Below the pieces are notes generated by a model that searched no databases, was not told where the DNA came from, and saw only the letters and a program-made list of their open reading frames with translations. From Hemiscyllium ocellatum (Eukaryota): a stretch of DNA of 64,000 bases. Each line of letters opens with the position of its first letter. The first letter of the stretch is position 1. Positions 26,321-39,700 of the stretch are shown piece after piece. The stretch lies in NCBI RefSeq assembly GCF_020745735.1, contig NC_083406.1, positions 21,946,255 through 22,010,254 of the forward strand, read 5' to 3'. The position numbers were made by a program, and so were the translations under genes.

Positions 26321-26349
26321 TGTATGTCACTTCTAGCACATATAAATCA

Positions 26350-26870
26350 GCTCTGTGCACCTATCAACCCCACCACCCCGTGGCCAAACATTTCAACTCC
26401 CCTTCCCACTCTGTCAAGGACATGCAGGTCCTGGGCCTCCTCCATGCTACTCCCTCACCACTTGATGCCTGGAAGAAGAACGCCTCATCTTCCACCTCGG
26501 GACCCTTCAACCCCAGGGCATCAATGTGGACTTTACCAGTTTCCTCATTTCCCCTACCCCCACCTAACCCCAGGTCCAACCTTCCAACTCGGCACTGTCC
26601 TCATGACCTGTCCCTCCCGTCAATCTTCCTTCCCACCTATCCGCTCCACCCTTCTCTCCGACCTATCACCTTTACCTCCACCTCCATTCACTTTTTGCAC
26701 TGTCAGCTACCTTCTCCCCAGCCCCACCCCCTCCCATTTATCTCTCCACCCCTGAGGCTACCAGCATCATTCCTGATTAAGATCTTTTGCCTAAAATGTC
26801 AATTTTTCCTGCTCCTCGGATGCTGCCTGAGCTGCCGTGCTTTTCCAGCACCATTCTAATCTTCACTCTG
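26350..26870 (+). mobile_element. PLE 3' fragment (GIY-YIG end and terminal region)
   Basis: PVAKHFNSPSHSVKDMQVLGL; colinear with 5820-6297; hammerhead degenerate. Confidence 0.88.
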
Positions 26871-28069
26871 TTATGAGATAAATTCATTGTCTTAAAGTAG
26901 TTATTAATCTAGCTATTAGCATACTTAGTGTTGTTCAACATGTTCTACCCAATCGCTGAATCATATTGAACAGAAGGTTTGTTTTGGGCTTTCACAATGC
27001 AGTTTGGTTGAATAAACTGTTGTGTTCTACATATCACAAACAAATGAAAGTACTTGTTGCCAAAGGCTCGGCATTATGGCTTACATATTTGATATTGCAC
27101 TGATCCTGGAAGTGATAAACAATGTTACTCAATTGTGTACAGAACATCATTCTAGTTAATGAATTCATAAACACCAGTGTATTTTATCATTTTATCAATC
27201 AACATCACTATCATTGAGAGATTAAGTTTTTCTTACTGTCAGTTTCTTAAATATTACAAATCTGGCAATTTTCATTATTTGAACATACCCTATAAAGTTT
27301 TTCAACAATAGAGCATAGTAGATGCCTCAAGCTCTTACCATAATATTACGCAGGCAGAGCTGAAATGTTCAGTACAGGAAGGTCAAAGAGTAGTTTCCGT
27401 TCACATGGATACCAATATGATGCCAGTAGTAGTTTATAATCCTTAATCTGTTACCATAGGAACAGCGGATGCCTGATAAACAGTTTAGAAAGAGCAAATA
27501 TATTGGGGGATAACAGTTTCTTATTTTAGTTTTCACCTTAATAGTTTGAACAAATTTAAAGTAACATAAGCCAGCTTTATATTACAGTTAAAATGTTCTC
27601 AAATCAATATTGATGAAATATGTTCAGTGATCATGTGTGTTATTGCTGACTACATCTCTGAAACATGTGAGAAAATTAATCTTTCATGAAACACCTAAAC
27701 AGTTCTCTTCCAACTGGCTCCTACCATGCAATATCTCTCCCATCAATTAAGATCAGCAATACGATCCTCTAAAATATAACCTGTTTTTCTTAGAAAAGCC
27801 TTCTCACAATGAAGGCAGACATAGATTACAGAATTCATCCAACATCCAGTTCAGAATTCAGTCAATTGGTTCTCATTAATGAGACTAACTCATTGTCTGT
27901 ATTGTTTCCTGAGTAGCAGTGATCCCTGTGTTCCTTTTGCTTTAGAGACCTGGACAACCTACAAGAGGTGCCTCAAAGTTGTGAAGAACTACAAATGCCA
28001 TTATAAATTAGGAAATGGAAAGGAGAGAGGAACTCAGGAATATTGTAAACACCAGAAAATCAGTCGATA

Positions 28070-29390
28070 AATTATTGGAACTGTGAGTTAGCATGTGTCA
28101 GAGACCCTAGTGGACTTCATTCTCAGATCTTAAAGGAGCTGGCTAATAAGGTAATTGCTGTATAGGTTTTAATTTTCCAACATTCTCTAAATTGGAGCAT
28201 GGTCCATTAGATTGGAATATAGCAAATGTAAACCTTACATTCAAAAAAGGATGGAAATATAAAGCACAAAACTCCAGGCTAGTTTGCTTGACATGTATCA
28301 TAAGAAAAATGTTTGAAGCTATCAGTTGTTATAGCAAGGCACTGAGATAAATTCAAGGTCATTGTGCAGACTCAACATGATTTTATGAAAGGGAAATCGC
28401 ATGTCACCACACTTCTGAAATTCTTTGAGGAACTAACAAATATTTTGGATAAAGGAGAATGTATTTCCTGAGTTAAAATGCTACATTAAAGGTTGTAGAC
28501 AAGCAGGAGGCTGGAAGGACGCAGCATCAGGAGGTGAAGAAGTCAACATTTCAGGGATAACCTGAAAACGGGTTATAACTGAAACATTGACTTCTCAACC
28601 TCCTGACGCTGTGTCCTTCCAGCATCCTGCTTGTCTGTTTTGGATTCCACCATCTGCAGTTTTTGTTTGTCTCAAATGCACATTAAAGATTGTAACAGAA
28701 AATAAGACTTCATGGTATAAGGGATTGTGCATTGGCATTGGTTGAAATTTGGCTGGCTAACAGGAAGCAGAGAGTAGACATAGGTTCACGTAGTGTAAAA
28801 AGTGATATGCCACTGTGCTGGGACCTTAATCGTTTGTAATGTATATGAATTATTTGGATGAAAGGTGTGGTTGTCAAATTTGTTGATGACACAAAGATAT
28901 GTAAGAGAATAAATTATGAAAAGGACATAAAGAGGCTACAAAAATATTTATACACTAAACGAGTAGGTAAAGGTCTGGCAAATAGAGCATAATTTTGGAA
29001 AATGTAAAATTGTGTATTTAGTAGGAAGAATAAAAATGAAACATGGTGAGAATTTTGCAGAACTTTGAGATGCAGAGTGATCCACATATCCTGATGCATA
29101 AATTGCAAAAGGCTAGTTTGCAGGTACAGTTTATAATTAGGAATGCCAATAGTATGTTATAGTTATTATAGAGGAGAGTTGAATATAAATGTAGGGAGGA
29201 TTTATTCTCGTTATGTGACCGTATCTGGAGTATTTAACATAGTATTGGTGGCTTTATTCAAAGAATGACATAACTGTTGGAGATAATTTCGAGAATTTTT
29301 ACTATCCTAATACCTGGAATTAATAAATTGACTAATGAGTAAAGATTGAACAGGCTAGGCTTTTGTTCCTTAGGGTTTTGAACAGTAAGG
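28070..29390 (+). mobile_element. Highly decayed CR1 ORF2
   Basis: caacatgattttatgaaagggaaatc (QHGFMKGKS-like), gtcaaatttgttgatgacacaaag (KFADDTK-like), tatctggagtat. Confidence 0.75.
28493..28674. mobile_element. PLE-derived palindrome nested in CR1
   Basis: agacaagcaggaggctggaaggac...gtccttccagcatcctgcttgtct; apex ~28560 at degenerate ctgaaaacgggttataactgaaac; TSD aaatgc(t)acattaaag. Confidence 0.75.
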
Positions 29391-30117
29391 ACCAAGGTTA
29401 GGTTGGTGCTGGAAAAGCACAGCAGGTTGGGCAGCATCTGAGGAGCAGGAAAATCAATGTTTCGGGCAAAAGCCCTTCATCAGGAATGAGGCTGGGAGCC
29501 TCGGAGGTGGAGAGATAAATGGGAGTGGCATGGGGCTGGGGAGAAGGTGGTTGAGAGTGCAATAGGTGGATGGAGGTGGGGGTAAATGTGATAGGTCAGA
29601 GATGAGGGTGGCACAGATAGGTGAGAAGGAAGATTGATAGGTGGGATAGGTCATGAGGACTGTGCTGAGCTGGAAGGTTGGAACTGGGGCAAGGTGGGGG
29701 GAAGAATCATGAGGAAACTGGTGAAGTTCACCAGAGGTGGACTTCACCAGTTTCCTCATTTCCCCTCCCTCCACCTTACCCCAGTTCCAACCTTCCAGCT
29801 CAGCACAGACCTCATGACCTGTCCCACCTGTCAATCTTCCTTCCCACCTATCCACTTCACCCTCCACTCTGGCCTATCACCTTTACCCCCACCTCCATCC
29901 TCCTACTGCACTTTCAGCTACCTTCTTTCCAGCTCTACCTCCCCCCCCCCCCACCCCCTCATTTATCTCTCCACCCCTGAGGATCCTGGCCTCATTCCTG
30001 ATGAAGGGCTTTTGCCCGAAACGTTGATTTCCTTGCTACTCAGATGCTGCTGTGCTTTTCCAGCACCACTCTAATTGTGACACTAATCTCCAGCATCTTC
30101 AGCAGCCACTTCTGCCT
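29391..30117. mobile_element. Long PLE fold-back (two ~330-bp inverted arms)
   Basis: ~29405-29731 vs ~29737-30068; cores at 29459-29483 (-) and 29998-30022 (+, CTGATGAAGGGCTTTTGCCCGAAAC); flanks share gaacagta. Confidence 0.9.
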
Positions 30118-30329
30118 TTAGAACAGTAGGAGGCAATATTCAAACATATCAGCATAAGGAACCACTCAGACCTTTGAATCTACTCAACCATTCAATAAGA
30201 CCATGGCTATTCTGATTTTAACCTTACATGTTGAAAGTGGGTGCAGTAACAACACCCGCACCCTACCCCATATCTAGACGCTCACCTCCCACTCACTCAC
30301 CCATCATTGTCTGAACTGGACTTTGTACT

Positions 30330-31000
30330 ACTTTCTACAGAAACATGTGCACTCCAAGCCAAGATCACCAGATAAAAGAGTAGCAACACAGAGGCAGCTT
30401 TATGCATCAGATGTGAGAAGATTATGTGTCAATTATGACTAGATAGCAACAAGGCCCACTCATCTGTATTGGGCAACAAAATATTGAGGCTGTTGACCAC
30501 TTCACTTAACTCAGTGGCAGCATCACTGGGGTCAATGATGTTGAGATCAATGTCTACACAAGAATTAGAAAAGCAACATTGGTATTCCTGCAACTCCAGT
30601 TGGTATGACCGCTCAGCAACATCAACATTGCCAAGATGTTATGATATTTCATATCCATAGTACACCAACAACAACCAATACCAATGGGACATGGAATACA
30701 AGAAAAAGTGCCACTTCAGCTGAACATCTTTCACCAGCATTGCTTGTGTAACATCCTGGCTATCACATGGACATACAGTTTCACCAACAAAGAAATGCTA
30801 CAAGATATTGGTCAAAAGCACACATGAGATGTTACTACAGAGAGAGACAATTGATACAGGAAGGATGTGATGGTTAAAGATGACCAGGTAAAGTTTATTT
30901 AAGGAGGACCTTCAAGAGTATGACACCATCTGATCTGGAACAAAAGAGTTTGTAATGGACTGGAGTCAGTGTTAGAGACTTGCTGTGTGTTATTCCACAT
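30330..31000 (+). mobile_element. Decayed RTE-clade LINE fragment
   Basis: Translates to IEAVDHFT*LSGSI...DVEINVYTRIRKA and LNIFHQHCLCNILAITW...TNKEML, typical RTE post-RT motifs. Confidence 0.7.
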
Positions 31001-31764
31001 GGGACCAGAAGAATTAAGTATAAGTAAGTAAGCTTCTCATTTAATTTAAAAATTAATATAAGGACGTTGTAATGCTTTAAATCTACCAACTATACACTTT
31101 CTATGCCATAAACAGTAATTTCTAGAATCTAGATGATCACTTATGCAGAAAGTGTATTGTAGTAGCATTTCATACAGTCATTTTCTTTATAGCGGTTGGT
31201 GTGGAAGGATAACTTTAACTCTGTCAAGGGTGCAAACTGACTGAAGTCAATGGAGAGGACCTTCAGGCTGGAATCCAGATATAGAACATGCAGTTGATGT
31301 TAAAATTCACATCCCACTTAATTGTGTATCACGTAAATTACTAACAGCTATTCAAAAGCTATAGCAATAATTTCCGACATGGATTAATTTGTCACAATTA
31401 TAACTTTTCATTCTGCCATGCACTTTAAATGAATTGTTAGTATAAGAGAAGAATGAAATCAATATGCGAAGAAGAGTAAAAACTATTACATTGATTTATC
31501 ACTTTCAAAAGTGCTGTATTTCAGTCAGTTCATGAATTAACAGAGTATTTCCTTTTAAAGAAGCTTTGCCATAAGCATCAGGTATTTTTCTAAATGGAAC
31601 ACGGCAGCTATGTCAAACAAACCACTCATCTTAGAATTTGACAAGATTAATAATCAAACACCAAATAGAAAGAAAAATGTATTTTTTAATCATACACTTG
31701 ATGCAATATATACTAAGATACAAAATAAAATGTAGGAATTTTGGAAGGGATCCACAAGTAGAAT

Positions 31765-32105
31765 AACAGAATCCCTACAGTGTGGGAGCAGGCATTTCGG
31801 CCCATTGAGTTCACTCTGACTATTCAAAGAATATCCCACGGCTCAATCCCTGTAATCCTCCATTTTCTATGCCTAACCTACCTAGTCAGCAAGTTCCTGG
31901 ACACTACGGGCAATTAGCATGGCCAATTCAGGTAACCTGTACATTTTTGGACTGTGGGAAGAAACCAGAACACCCAGAGGAAACCCATGCAGACACAATG
32001 GGAACGTGCAAACTCAACATAGACAGTCGCCCAAGGCTGGAATTGAAGTCGGGGTCTTTGGTGCTGTGAGGCAGTAGTGCTAACCACTGAGCCACTGTGC
32101 CACAC
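31765..32105 (-). mobile_element. Full-length HE1-type SINE
   Basis: Minus strand: gtggcacagtggctcagtggttagcactactgcctcacagc. Confidence 0.9.
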
Positions 32106-32689
32106 CCAAGCATAAATTATTGAACTAAAATGTTGTACGCTACAGGGTCATGTCCCTGTCTGAGTTCAAGTCCAACCCCAACACTTGATGACCAAAGAAA
32201 TTATATAAATATATATAATGTAACTAAGCAGGTGGAGTATTAAACAGCACATCCTTCCAACACACACCGATGGCACGTAGTAAGAGTGGGATTTCTGGTC
32301 AGTTATATGATGAAAAGATAGTTGTAACCTCTACCTCATTATCCATAGCTTCAGTTTGGAATTTGCCTGAAAAATTACAAATTATCACAGCAAGTCAGAC
32401 TCTGTGGCTGACCTAGAACACACCACCACTGCCAAAACTTCCTGCCAGGGATATGTTGAAACTTAACTCATAACACATTTCTCCCTGTGAATATAACTTG
32501 GGCTTTAATTGAAATTTAGTTGACATTTCTGCTGATATCATGTAGACTGAGCATAAAAATACTTAAATCAGCAACTCTGTAAACTTCCTTCTAAAATGCC
32601 TCATGCCTGTTGCTTTAATATCTTTGATGAAATCTTTGATGAAATTAACAGTTGCTGTCCTTCTAAAATGATCTTGAAAAGGTGGTGGT

Positions 32690-32945
32690 TTCCCTTCTTG
32701 GATCTTTGCAGTCTTTGATGTAGGTGTACTCATAATACTGTTCGGAAGGGAGTTGAAGAATTTTGATTCCGTGACAGTGACAAGATAGTGATTTTGTTTT
32801 AAGCCAGGATGCTGTGTGGCTTGTATTAAAACTTGCAGGTTTGGTGTTCTGTATCTGCTACCCTTGTCATTCTCGGTGGGAAAAGTCAGAGATTTGGAAG
32901 GCACTGCCAAAGAACTTATGGTGATTTGTTGCAGGGCTTCCCGTA
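32690..32945 (-). mobile_element. Degraded non-LTR retrotransposon fragment
   Basis: ggaagggagttgaagaattttgattccgtgacagtgac; reverse-complement resemblance to 13250-13420. Confidence 0.55.
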
Positions 32946-33589
32946 GATAATACACACAATTTTGTCTTCCAAAATCCACATACAATGTCTGTATTCATTT
33001 TGTTTTTGTTCCCTACTCTTAGTTCCACATATCTGTCCTCTCCAATTCAATGTTTATCTTCTTGTCCTTCCTGTACACTATGCATTCCTGTAAAACCATT
33101 TCTGACATGACATGTGCTATGTCAAATTGTTTACAGCCACTGCCCAAGTAGAAATTTGAAGAATATTAAGTTCAATACTTTGCAGTTGATAATTTTCACT
33201 GCTCCTGAATGAGAAATGATTCTGCAGGTAGTCCTATTGATTTATTTGAAAGTGTAATTTTCCAATGATAAATTACATATGTGATCTGTTTCTATTTGAC
33301 AGCACTAAAATACTGATACTTCTCAACATCGCCATCTAGGAGAGAGAACAAACTACTGCGAAAGCCTTCAGCTCTACAGGCTGTGAGATAAATTGACCTG
33401 TTCCAATAAGTTGATCACGCTGTCAGGCAATCACAGCTTGTCAGATGTGTATGAAGCTGACTGTATTTAATGTCCATCTGTAGCATAAAATCGATAGTTA
33501 ATACCAATTGTTATTTTCTGGGTGACCTATAAGAACTTTTACCACTTCGCAAGTAAGCAGATAACTGGAATATTGCCATGTACCCTAGT

Positions 33590-34560
33590 TATCAGCTCCA
33601 TCCTTCTCACTGACGACTGTCCCAACCTAAATCAACCAATTTAAAAACCTGGGCTTATCTTTGACTAAGACCTGAGTTTCTAGACCAAATCCACCCCACT
33701 TTTATTGTCAAAACATTGTGTAATTTTGCCTGAGTCTCAGCTGAAACTTTCACTCATGTCCTTGAGTCTTACAGCACAGAAACAGGTTCTTTGGCCCGAC
33801 TCATCCATGCTGACCGTGTTTCCTAAACTGAACTAGTCCTATTTGCCTGCATTTGGCCCATATCCCCCTAAATCTTTCCCATCCATGTACTTGTACAAAT
33901 GACTTTTAAATGTTGTAATTGTACCCACCTCTATCACGTTCTCTGGCAGTTCATTCTGCATATGCATCACCCTCTGTGTGAAAATGTTGCCGCTCAGGTC
34001 CATTTTTACATCTTTTCCCTCTCACCTTCAACCTACAGCTTATAGTTTTGGATTCTCCTATATTGGGGATAGGATGTTAGCTATTCATCTTATTCCACTT
34101 GAGACTTGACTATTCCAAAGCACCATGTTCTTGAGTTTCTCTAAATGTCTATTGTCAATGTCTTAAGTGTCATTTACCAATGTGCCCCTGTGCAAATTGA
34201 CTTACGCTGGATTCATCTTCAACAATACCCCAAACTCAAAACACTTATTCTTGTTTTCAAGTCCCTCTATACCTTGTAACCCTGTACTCACCGACAGAGA
34301 CACTAACCATTGAACTTCCTGCGTTCACCTATTGTGGCCTTCTGAGCATCTCTGATTTGAATGTCTCCACAATTGGTGATTGAGTCTACAATTGTCAAAG
34401 ACATAAGTTGGAAATTCCCACTCTAAACCTTTTAAAATCACCACCTCTTATTCAATCATTAAAATGTTCCTTAAAAGCTGTTCTTTACCGCCCCAATTAT
34501 CGTTCCATTCTGTTTTATTCTGCTTCTATGGAATGTCTTGGGATGTTTTATTTCATAAAA
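33590..34560 (+). mobile_element. Old L2-type LINE fragment interrupted by CR1
   Basis: gctgaaactttcactcatg...agacttgactattccaa...ggaaattccc...cttgggatgtttta. Confidence 0.6.
33765..34095 (-). mobile_element. CR1/HER1 3' end
   Basis: Reverse complement of HER1-type 3' UTR. Confidence 0.82.
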
Positions 34561-34849
34561 CATGTTTTGTTTTTGTCGAACTTAGTGGCAAGTGTGACAT
34601 TCGAAATTCAATTTAGTCAGGTTCAAATCATGAACCCAGTTCTGCACAGTTTTTATATCTGACAGCCTGTTATTTAGCAAGTTGTTGGGACAGGGCTGGA
34701 GGGTGAGTGGTGACAGCAGGCAAGCAGGTGGGAACTGGCAGGAAATATGTTTCATATGAATATTTCTGGGATATGTCATTTTTCTTGCTTTATGAAGTTA
34801 GCAGCGGATAAACGTAAGCACTTTGGGAGGCAATGAAGCTTCCACTGTA

Positions 34850-35405
34850 CGGGAATTAGGAGGTCACATTGTGACTGTACAGGACACATTTAGGCCACTT
34901 TAGGAATACTGCATTTAATTCTGGTCTCCCTGCTGTGGAAAAGATGTTGTGAAACTTGAAAGGATTCAGAAAAGATTTACAAGAATGTTGCCAGGCTCAG
35001 AGGCTTTGAGTTAGAGGGAGAAGTTGAATAGACTGGGGCTGTTTACCTTGGAGCATTGGAGACTGGGGCTGTGACCTTACAGAAATTTATAAAATTGTGA
35101 GGGGCACAGATAGGGTGAATAGTCAAGGTCTTTTTCCTAGTCTGGGGTAGGCCAAAACTAGAGGGCATAGGTTTAGGTTGAGAGGGAAAAGATTTAAAAG
35201 GGACCTGAGGGGCAGAGAGTGGTGTGTGTATGGAAAGAGCTGCCATAGGAGGTGGAGGATGATAATACAATTACAGCATTTAAAAGTCATCTGGATGGGC
35301 CAATGAATAGGAAATGCTGGCAAATGGGATTGGATTAGTTTAGGATAGGTGGCCGGCATAGATGAGTTGGACTGAAGGGTCTGCTTCCTTTCTCTATGAT
35401 TCTGT
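34850..35405 (+). mobile_element. CR1/HER1 3' fragment
   Basis: ttaggccactttaggaatactgc...gaaaagatttacaagaatgttgccagg...ctctatgattct. Confidence 0.85.
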
Positions 35406-37224
35406 ATCACATATATATTCCATCAGTTGAATTTAGTACAGCATTTTAAGAATTGTATGATAATGATGAACAAGAAAAGACCAGTCAGTCCATCAATCCT
35501 ATCCCACATTACATGTAAGCTAGAGCATCATGTCCAAACATCTTCTATGTCCCTTTAACTCTCTCACTCCTTCCCATCAGCCATAATCACGTCGTTTCCT
35601 AGGAGAAGCAAAAAAATGTCATCGAAAACCCAGGAAGAAAATGTCCTGTGGAAAATAACTCTCCAATCCCCGAGATGACTGAGGCAGTTTAGGGAATTCC
35701 ATTGATGCGAATGGATCTCCTTGTTCTCATCAGCTGCCTTTGCTTGGGATACAAAATTCATGTCAGTAAGACCCGAAAAGAGGGGAAAGCATGTGCAACA
35801 AGAGTGCTTTTGTAAAAGAACAGTGGGCCATTTTTGCCCATTTGTTTCTTCTGTGCACATATCATAATTCTTTCAAAGATAACACAGATTTTGTTTTCAC
35901 AGGCTGGCGTAATATTGAATGGAAGGAAGGGAATGACAACAACAAGCAGATGGTTCTTTGTTTTGCCTTCTGCAAATTATCTTCAGTCTCTAGTCTCTGA
36001 AGGCAATGGGAAAAGAAAATGTAAGTCCATGTTTCCTGGTGATAATAAGGGCACCTTTATTTGGGTCAAGTGGCTTCTTCGTTCTATGCTAATGGTAGAC
36101 TGTTTCCAGATGTTGTACTTTATTAGACAATAACTGCGTCTAAATTATTTGGCAATCTCCAAATGGGAGGTGCATGATTTCCCTGTGGCTCGGATGGTGA
36201 GATTGTTTTTATGTCCTTTGATGAATTGTTTCCAGAACCACCATTTCCGTTCCTCTCTCAGTGCTTTGTTTCCACTAATTTGTTTTCAAATGTAAACAAT
36301 TGAATTCAGAGCCACTTCTCAGTTCAGTAGTTTTTATCTTAGTGGCAGGAGGGCACAGTGGGATGATGGGTTGAGTGTGTGTGTGGGGTGGGGGGAGGTT
36401 GGCAGTTGGAGTCAGTAGGTGCTCCTATGGGGAGGGTACTGGGTTCAAATTCAGAACAATGTCGGTTAGTTCCAGTTACAGAAAACTGTGGTTAAACTGC
36501 AGCTTAATTATTACATTGTGCTGATGTTGGGAAAGTTAAATTGCGAGAAATGTTTTGAAAGAGAAGGTATCTATACAGAAGTCTCTTCTTTCCAGTTTCT
36601 CCATTCTTGGTTTCCACAATGGAAATTACAATGGATAAAGTTGCAAAATTGACTGCCAAATCATTATCTTCTGTTTTGCAATGCCTGGGAGAGTTAAATT
36701 TGTCACCATTCTGTTACTTGATGTTGTCATAATAAATTAATACATCTCTTTTTAATGCTCCTAAATGGAATTAGACTCCAATTAACTTTACAATATTGCA
36801 CAAACTTATCCCCTTTGTAAATAGTAGTCCGTACCAGGAAGATAAACAGTCTTCCATGATTTAAACTGAGGATCCAGCACTATATCTCTTTTAATAATAT
36901 TTCACAGTGGGACATCTCTGTTCACAGCATGGCCTTATGATTAACTCTTTTTGTCTGCCAGTATCAAGTACTGGCATTGTGTCAACTGCAGTTCATTCTG
37001 TTCAGCAATATAACAGTCTTCACTATTCATCTGGGCTTTCCTCTTCTTCCACACCTTTTACTCCCCTTTCTGAACCATATGTAGCTTAATAAGAATATTC
37101 ATCACCTACCCTATTTCTTCATCTAAGTTGTAGGAATCGTAATTCATTTATCAGCTCTCCCACTATCCAATTTCATTTATTATACTCTTGGTGTTTATGT
37201 AAATACACAATTCAAATGAAAAAT

Positions 37225-37415
37225 CAAAGAATTGGATTCTGGGAATCTGAAACAAAAGCAAAAATTGCAGGAGAAACTCAAAAAATCTAACAACATCTGT
37301 GGAGAGAAAGCAGAGTTAACATTTCTGATCCAGTGAGAAGGGGAAACTCCACTTTCTCTCCACAGATGCTGCCAAATTTGCCCAGTTTCTCCAGCAATTC
37401 CTGTTTTTATTTCAA
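37225..37415. mobile_element. Old PLE-derived palindrome (family of 15154)
   Basis: ggagaaact...catctgtggagagaaag / ctttctctccacagatg...agtttctcc. Confidence 0.7.
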
Positions 37416-38804
37416 TTTCTCATCTGGCTTCTAAATGGTTAATCCATCACTTGGTCACTTTACTTTCTCTGCAAAAGTAACTCGGTTGGTTTATAATCAT
37501 TTAATTGTGGTAAACGATAGTGTCAAAAGCAGGGGCTGTAACTTTAAGACAGTCATCAGCAAATTTAGTAGGAAATTAAGGACAAAAATCTTTATAAAGA
37601 GGATGAAGAAACTTGATCACCACATGAGAAAAAAGGAAGAGAAATATATGTTAATAGGGTGCAAAGAAGGGGATATATCAAAGTCAGCATTGATCTGGTG
37701 AATAAAGTACGTTCTGTGTTATGAATACAAATCAATTTTAGCCATCTATTCCATGAAATAAAACAGTTACATTTTTTGTCATTGTAACAAAACTAATGAG
37801 TAGAATTAATTCAAAGATACAACCTCATGTAAATATTCTGAGTGATATATTAAATGTTGATTTGTTATGGACATATCAATGTTGTACTTTGGCAGATCAA
37901 GGACAATTAAAAGTGAAATGATGAATGCCTGGACCTATTAGATAAGAAGTTTCCATAGGGATGTATATTTTGACTTTAACTAGCATCGCCAGTATTGCTC
38001 AGTTAATCTATCTGCACAGCAGAAACATCCCTTCTCTAGACCCTTGTGATCTCCTATCTCCTATTACCCAGCTTTTGCTCTTGCTTTCTGTTACTGGATC
38101 CCACTGTCTCACAGTTATTATTGTTCCATTTGACACTTGCTAATCTTTTGAGAGCTGCAAATGCTAAAGCTGAGGCTTTATAGATCAAACTCAGAATATG
38201 CTACAATGCCTTCCCATCAGCTTTAAGGATGAAATAATATGTACCCATTACTGCAATCAAGAAACATGTTTCAGTCATAAAAATGATAATTGCTATTTCC
38301 CATTTGACATCTTGTAATAATTATGCTGTACTGGAATTAATCCCAACCACAGCTAATGGACAGGTTTTTTTTCTCAAATAGGCAATCACAAGAAATGGTT
38401 TGTTTTTGTTAAGCGATTTTTGTATAAGACTTGACTTTGCAGTTTTATTCATTCCAATTTATATATATCTCGCTCTTAGCCACTGAAAACAGGTTTTTTT
38501 TTACTTTCGATGCACTATAATTCAAGCATATTTTTAGTCAATAAACGATAAAAACATTCTGTAGACTAGAGGAAGTGAATGCTTCTAAAGGGTCCCTGCT
38601 GTGTAAATAAATACCTAGACCTTCTGCTAACAAAATACAAACATTTATAAAACATAAATATTCATGCAGTTGAGTTTTTCCTGGTGTGTATCCTTGTATA
38701 ATTGTATATAGTTTTCTGCAACTAAACTTATCATAAAGCTGCACAGTACATTCTTATAACAGAACTGAGAATATAGTTTGAGAAAATTTTGGATATGTGA
38801 AAAA

Positions 38805-38953
38805 CTATAATGTTTAATCATGTATTCTTAGTTTATAATTTTAAACATATCCACTAAAATGCAGTCTAATCATCATTGCTATAACGTTTAATCATGTATT
38901 CTTAGGTTTTAACTTTAAACATAGTCCTCTAAAATGCAGTCTAATCATCATTG
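38805..38953 (+). repeat. Tandem duplication, 2 x ~74 bp
   Basis: ctataa(t/c)gtttaatcatgtattcttag...taaaatgcagtctaatcatcattg twice. Confidence 0.92.
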
Positions 38954-39124
38954 CATGTAGACATTGAATGCTTTTGAGATCTGCAAATCTCAAAGCTAAG
39001 GCTTTACAGATCAATCCAAGAATGTGCCTCTCCAACAGCTTCGAGCATTAAATAGTCTGTACGTATTATTGCAATCAAGAAACAAGCTTCTGCTTTACTG
39101 TTACTGTTTAATTATATTCCAGTT

Positions 39125-39700
39125 ATAATTCATGCTTTAGTTTCTACCAGATTTGACTATTTTGCTGCTCTTGGTGCAGTGACTCACATACCAGTCTCTG
39201 TACCTCTGAGTTCATCCAAACCTTTGCTGCCTGTGTTCTAGCTCACATCACAACCTATTCATCCATGTACTAATTTCTTGCTGAGCTACACTGGCTCCAC
39301 ATCTGTCCTAACAATGTTAAAACTTCTTCTTGAGTTCAAATATCTTCAGTAACCTGATTCTGTTCTGTTTCTGGAAACTTTTCCATACCTAAAACCCTCT
39401 TAAATCTATGCATTGCTAAAATTTTAGGCTCCAGGACATATAGATATTCCTACAATCATACAATCCATTGTACTTTTGGCTGCTTTGTTCCTAATTTCTG
39501 GAATTCCTTTCCTAAACTTCTCTGCCACTTTGAATCTCTCTCCTCTCTAAGTCATACCTTAAAATATAACTCTTTGACCAAGGTGGGGGTCACCTGTCTT
39601 AATATTTCCTTTTTTTTAATGTTTGATAACACTTCTGTGAAGCACCTTGGGATGTTTGACTAAGTTAAAGACTTTACATTCATGCAGGTTGTTGTTGATG
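39125..39700 (+). mobile_element. Old L2-type LINE 3' end
   Basis: ccagatttgactatt...tctggaattcc...ctgtgaagcaccttgggatg...gttgttgttg tail. Confidence 0.65.

Noticed and set aside
33327-33343. CTCF-like catcgccatctaggag
   Set aside because: Only a partial match; the tgg end of the core is missing.
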